64,000 nucleotides of DNA. Origin: Leptolyngbyaceae cyanobacterium. GTDB lineage: Bacteria > Cyanobacteriota > Cyanobacteriia > Phormidesmidales > Phormidesmidaceae. A program made the position numbers and the translations under genes. Shown here piece by piece: positions 60,714 through 64,000 of this stretch (the first letter of the stretch is position 1; the number at the start of each line of letters is the position of its first letter). The notes below the pieces were generated by a model that searched no databases, was not told where the DNA came from, and worked only from the letters and a program-made list of their open reading frames with translations. The stretch is taken from positions 3,424,001-3,488,000 of the forward strand of contig CBDHHL010000032.1 of the NCBI GenBank assembly GCA_965263355.1, read 5' to 3'.

Positions 60714-61346
60714 TCAGTCAAGGTCTGGAAGGTTATCTTTTTGCAGTTTATTTTTGCGCTGCTGGTTTATTCTTGCCTGAATCAAGAAAACAATCACAAA
60801 ACCTAGATCTACCGTTATTTCCCAGCTTCCAGGTGCTAACCAGCCTAACCCAATTGCCAACAGGTAAATGATTGGCTCACTATAGCTCTCTTGACGAATA
60901 TGGCGAATTGTTTCGTCAGATAAGGTTGGTGCCACTAATCGTCGCTTATGTGCGCCATAAATCCATGCAGCTGTTGAGAAAGTGCCTATCCCTATCGCTG
61001 TTAAGCTATAAAACACATCAATAGACAATACATTATCATAGGACTCCTGGAGGTCAGTGGCATAGGGCAACAGCACCACAAATAGGAGGGCGAATAAACT
61101 CAAGAAAGTATGAACCGCATCGGTCTTTTGATAATGCTTAAACTGATTCACATGAGTGAACCAATAAAAAGCTATGGTGACAAAACTGGTAGCATAGATG
61201 CCAAGACCTGGTAATTCTTGCAAAAGCAACTGAGTTACCGCTTCGGGCGATAGATCGGACGGTATTGGATCGGAGACCAGGGCCAAGATGGTCATGGCCA
61301 CCGCAAAAATAATATCACTGACTCGAATTAGACGTTGAAGAGGCAT
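60714..61346 (-). CDS. TMEM175 family (DUF1211) potassium channel-like membrane protein
   Basis: RL...SD.IFAVAMTILAL, SF..IAFYW..H. Confidence 0.85.
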   Translation of the reverse strand: MPLQRLIRVSDIIFAVAMTILALVSDPIPSDLSPEAVTQLLLQELPGLGIYATSFVTIAFYWFTHVNQFKHYQKTDAVHTFLSLFALLFVVLLPYATDLQESYDNVLSIDVFYSLTAIGIGTFSTAAWIYGAHKRRLVAPTLSDETIRHIRQESYSEPIIYLLAIGLGWLAPGSWEITVDLGFVIVFLIQARINQQRKNKLQKDNLPDLD

Positions 61347-61644
61347 CAGGTTAGACGTTATTGACTGCTGGCTAAGGGCGTGACCTCAGAGAAAAACCTC
61401 CAGTCACTATAAGTTGAGACATTTCACGGATGGTTTCTGGATAAGCCTCCTACCTTCAACAGGATAAGCCATCTCCAGGGTACTGAACTATTTTCCATAC
61501 AACAACGATTCGATTTTGCTCCGCTGCGTATCCACAAAACCGAAGCATCTGAAGCTTTTGGTTGGCCGTCGATAGTCGGGGGCATTGAGTAAGTCCCCAG
61601 ATACGATGCTCTGTTGGATGGAGCAAGACCATACCTCAGAGTAA

Positions 61645-62283
61645 CTAGTCATTTAAGGGATTGGAAATTCTGGGAGCACGACGCATAAACCAAATAGGTG
61701 GCCCTCCATTAGGCGTGTTCTTTTTCTCCATAACGGTGAAACCGTACTTCTCATAGAGAGGGAGATTGAGTTCATTTGAGTTTTCAAGATAAGCAGGCAA
61801 CTGCTCATTATCAGCCATGTTAAGGACATGAGCTAATAAACCGCTGCCAGCGCCCTTTCCACGGAAAGAGTTCTTCACTCCGATGGCGTGCAAGTAATAG
61901 TGAGGCTCTTGAAGATGATTTCGATCTAGGAACTCAGCGAGTTCGATAAAGCGCTTGAGGGATTGAACTCCTGCACGATTCAAAATTGTCCAACCTATCA
62001 TGGTCATGGTTAGTAGAGAGAAGTTGAGCTTTTTTCCAGGTTCTGCCCAGAGTGCGCAGCCCATAATATTTTTGTTCTCATCAATGATGCAGAATGAGCA
62101 ATCTAGCGGAGCATAAATATTCCGAAACTCTAACTCGAAAAGATCTCGAGCAATGCCTGCCCGTCCTGCTGCATGGCAAATAATGGGATCATTATAAAAG
62201 GCTTCCCCAAGAATGTCTGCGATGATACTTGTGTCGTTTAAACTAGCTTTAATTATCTTTTTGCTATCACTCATATCCATCAA
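61645..62283 (-). CDS. GNAT family N-acetyltransferase
   Basis: HYYLHAIGV...RGKGAGS, AYLENS..NLPLYEKYGF. Confidence 0.9.
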   Translation of the reverse strand: MMDMSDSKKIIKASLNDTSIIADILGEAFYNDPIICHAAGRAGIARDLFELEFRNIYAPLDCSFCIIDENKNIMGCALWAEPGKKLNFSLLTMTMIGWTILNRAGVQSLKRFIELAEFLDRNHLQEPHYYLHAIGVKNSFRGKGAGSGLLAHVLNMADNEQLPAYLENSNELNLPLYEKYGFTVMEKKNTPNGGPPIWFMRRAPRISNPLND

Positions 62284-62416
62284 AAAGTAACTTGAAAACC
62301 CTTATTGATGATACGTGAATTTGGCAGATGGAGCGAATGGTTCACTGCTGTGCGATCAGCGGTACGACAAGGCTCTCTAGATAATACAGCTGAGCAGTAG
62401 AGAAAAACTTATACTA

Positions 62417-62459
62417 AAGACCGCAGCCAGGTCTCTACTAGAATCCTAGCTGTGGTCTT
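62417..62459 (-). terminator. Stem-loop downstream of glmS
   Basis: AAGACCGCAGC...GCTGTGGTCTT imperfect arms. Confidence 0.5.
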
Positions 62460-62490
62460 ACATTGTTAATTGGTTTTCGCAGACATCGGC

Positions 62491-64000
62491 CTATTCAACC
62501 GTTACTGATTTCGCCAAATTACGGGGCTGATCTACATCAAGGCCACGTCGAGCAGCAATGTGATAAGACAATAACTGTAAGGGTAACACCGTCAGCATTG
62601 GCGAGAGCAGTTCGTCAACAACTGGCACAGGCAATAGCGTATCAAAGGTGTGCTCGGCTTCCGGATCGTTGGCTGGAGCGACACCGATCAGCTGGGCATC
62701 ACGGGCCTTAGCTTCCTGCGCATTGGAGAGAACTTTATCGTAAACAGAGCCAGGGACGGCTATGGCCACCACCGGCACCTTCGCATCCAACAACGCAATC
62801 GGTCCATGCTTCATCTCCCCCGCCGGATATCCCTCCGCATGGATATAGCTAATCTCTTTTAGCTTCAACGCCCCTTCTAATGCGATGGGATAATTCACAC
62901 CGCGACCAATAAAGATAAAGTCTTGGGTTTCCGTAAAGCTATGGGCCAACTCCTCGGTGTAGCCCTCTTGCTTCTCAATTACATGCTCCATTTGTGTAGG
63001 TAGCTGTCGCATCGCTGCAATAATGTCAGCCAACTGTTGCCCTGAGAGAGTCTTCCGCTGATGGGCCAGTTCCAATGCCAGGAAGTAAAACGCCATCAGT
63101 TGCGCCACAAACGTCTTAGTGGCCGCCACCCCAATTTCAATGCCTGCATGGGTAGCCATAACATTGGGAACCAGACGTCCCAGAGAACTCTCCGGACGGT
63201 TGGTAATACCCAACATTCGAGGCGTAAACGCCGCATCTCCTTTTTCCGTACGTCGGGTTTGCTCCATCTCCAACGCCGCTAGCGTATCAGCGGTTTCACC
63301 TGACTGAGTCACACCAATGGTCAGCGCATTCGCAATCAGCGGCGTAGGGGAGTAACGAAACTCTGACGCATAGTGCACCACCGTAGGAATGCCAGCTAAC
63401 TGCTCTAACAGATGCTTGCCCACTAAACTCGCATGCCAGCTAGTACCACAGGCCACAATTTGCACATGCTCTAACCCTGCCAGTACTTCAGTATCTAACC
63501 CCAAATTCACAGGGGATTGAACGCTCTCAGGGGTCCAATCACTGGTCAGGTATTTCTCCAGGCTCGTCCGCACCACCCCAGGCTGCTCGTGGATTTCCTT
63601 CAGCATAAAGTGCTTGAACCCCTGCTTCTCCACCATGGTGGGGCTAATGCTGAGGGTGATAGGATGCTTCTTCAAGCGTCGACCGTTGAAGTCATAAATA
63701 GCCGCCCCCAGCGGTGTGAGCATCGCTAGCTCACCATTATCTAAGGGCAGCACAGCACTAGTATGGGGCACAATGGCAGGCGTATCAGAAGCACAGAAAA
63801 ATTCACCCTGGCCAAAACCAATGGCCAACGGTGCCTGTTGCCGCACCACAATCAGCTCGTCAGGAAAATCAGCACTGATCACAGCCAGGGCAAACGCACC
63901 TTCTAATTCATTCACAGCTTGGCGTACCGCTTCTAGCAGATCTGATTCATAGACCAACGGTCCTTCCACACCCTTGGCCAGATAATCAGAAATCAAATGG
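62491..64000 (-). CDS. glmS: Glutamine--fructose-6-phosphate aminotransferase (5' end outside window)
   Basis: HFMLKEIHEQP, QSGETADT, GVAATKTF, LKLKEISY, and PRNLAKSVTVE C-terminus. Confidence 0.98.
   Translation of the reverse strand, partial: HLISDYLAKGVEGPLVYESDLLEAVRQAVNELEGAFALAVISADFPDELIVVRQQAPLAIGFGQGEFFCASDTPAIVPHTSAVLPLDNGELAMLTPLGAAIYDFNGRRLKKHPITLSISPTMVEKQGFKHFMLKEIHEQPGVVRTSLEKYLTSDWTPESVQSPVNLGLDTEVLAGLEHVQIVACGTSWHASLVGKHLLEQLAGIPTVVHYASEFRYSPTPLIANALTIGVTQSGETADTLAALEMEQTRRTEKGDAAFTPRMLGITNRPESSLGRLVPNVMATHAGIEIGVAATKTFVAQLMAFYFLALELAHQRKTLSGQQLADIIAAMRQLPTQMEHVIEKQEGYTEELAHSFTETQDFIFIGRGVNYPIALEGALKLKEISYIHAEGYPAGEMKHGPIALLDAKVPVVAIAVPGSVYDKVLSNAQEAKARDAQLIGVAPANDPEAEHTFDTLLPVPVVDELLSPMLTVLPLQLLSYHIAARRGLDVDQPRNLAKSVTVE

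Noticed and set aside
61350..61640. Possible small ORF or ncRNA between the TMEM175 and GNAT genes
   Set aside because: I translated the three minus-strand frames and found nothing recognisable, and saw no convincing RNA structure.

Overview
Chromosomal window from a cyanobacterium. The evidence is about 20 HIP1 GCGATCGC sites plus bciB, plmA, Tab2, Uma2 and PEP-CTERM genes; a filamentous Leptolyngbya-like lineage is my inference. Most of it is housekeeping and signalling DNA: a partial anthranilate/ADC synthase component I, ecfT, der, DnaJ, a kinase-WD40, bciB, an S1 protein, miaE, coaD, a DivIVA-like gene, ruvA, a divergent PII, rnc, glgP, an RND pump, a CHASE2 adenylate cyclase and partial glmS. 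Two accessory loci stand out. (1) At 45.2-49.6 kb is an LRR-Roc-COR (Roco) gene with 24 tandem LRR units of 69 bp (the first 63 bp). The 23 full units are identical except at 4 nucleotides, all non-synonymous and all on the ligand-binding beta-strand, and the variants are assorted combinatorially. Its C-terminal tail shares a G-D-x-x-x pseudo-repeat motif with the next gene (DUF4926 + motif + helical domain, with a likely internal start at the motif). Together this looks like a variable receptor coupled to an effector by an amyloid-like signalling motif. The Roco frame is interrupted by two close indels in COR. (2) At 18.8-20.4 kb is a coupled pair of a PD-(D/E)xK (Cap4/DUF4297-like) nuclease and a degenerate uracil-PRTase-like gene, a candidate defence system. 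Other observations are an in-frame DODA-dioxygenase/YqjG chimera, a ~72-bp MITE-like element in 3 copies (two bracket the PII paralogue), REP-like hairpins, and a frameshift inside a repeat of a Uma2 gene. All family assignments come from motif recognition by eye; no searches were run.
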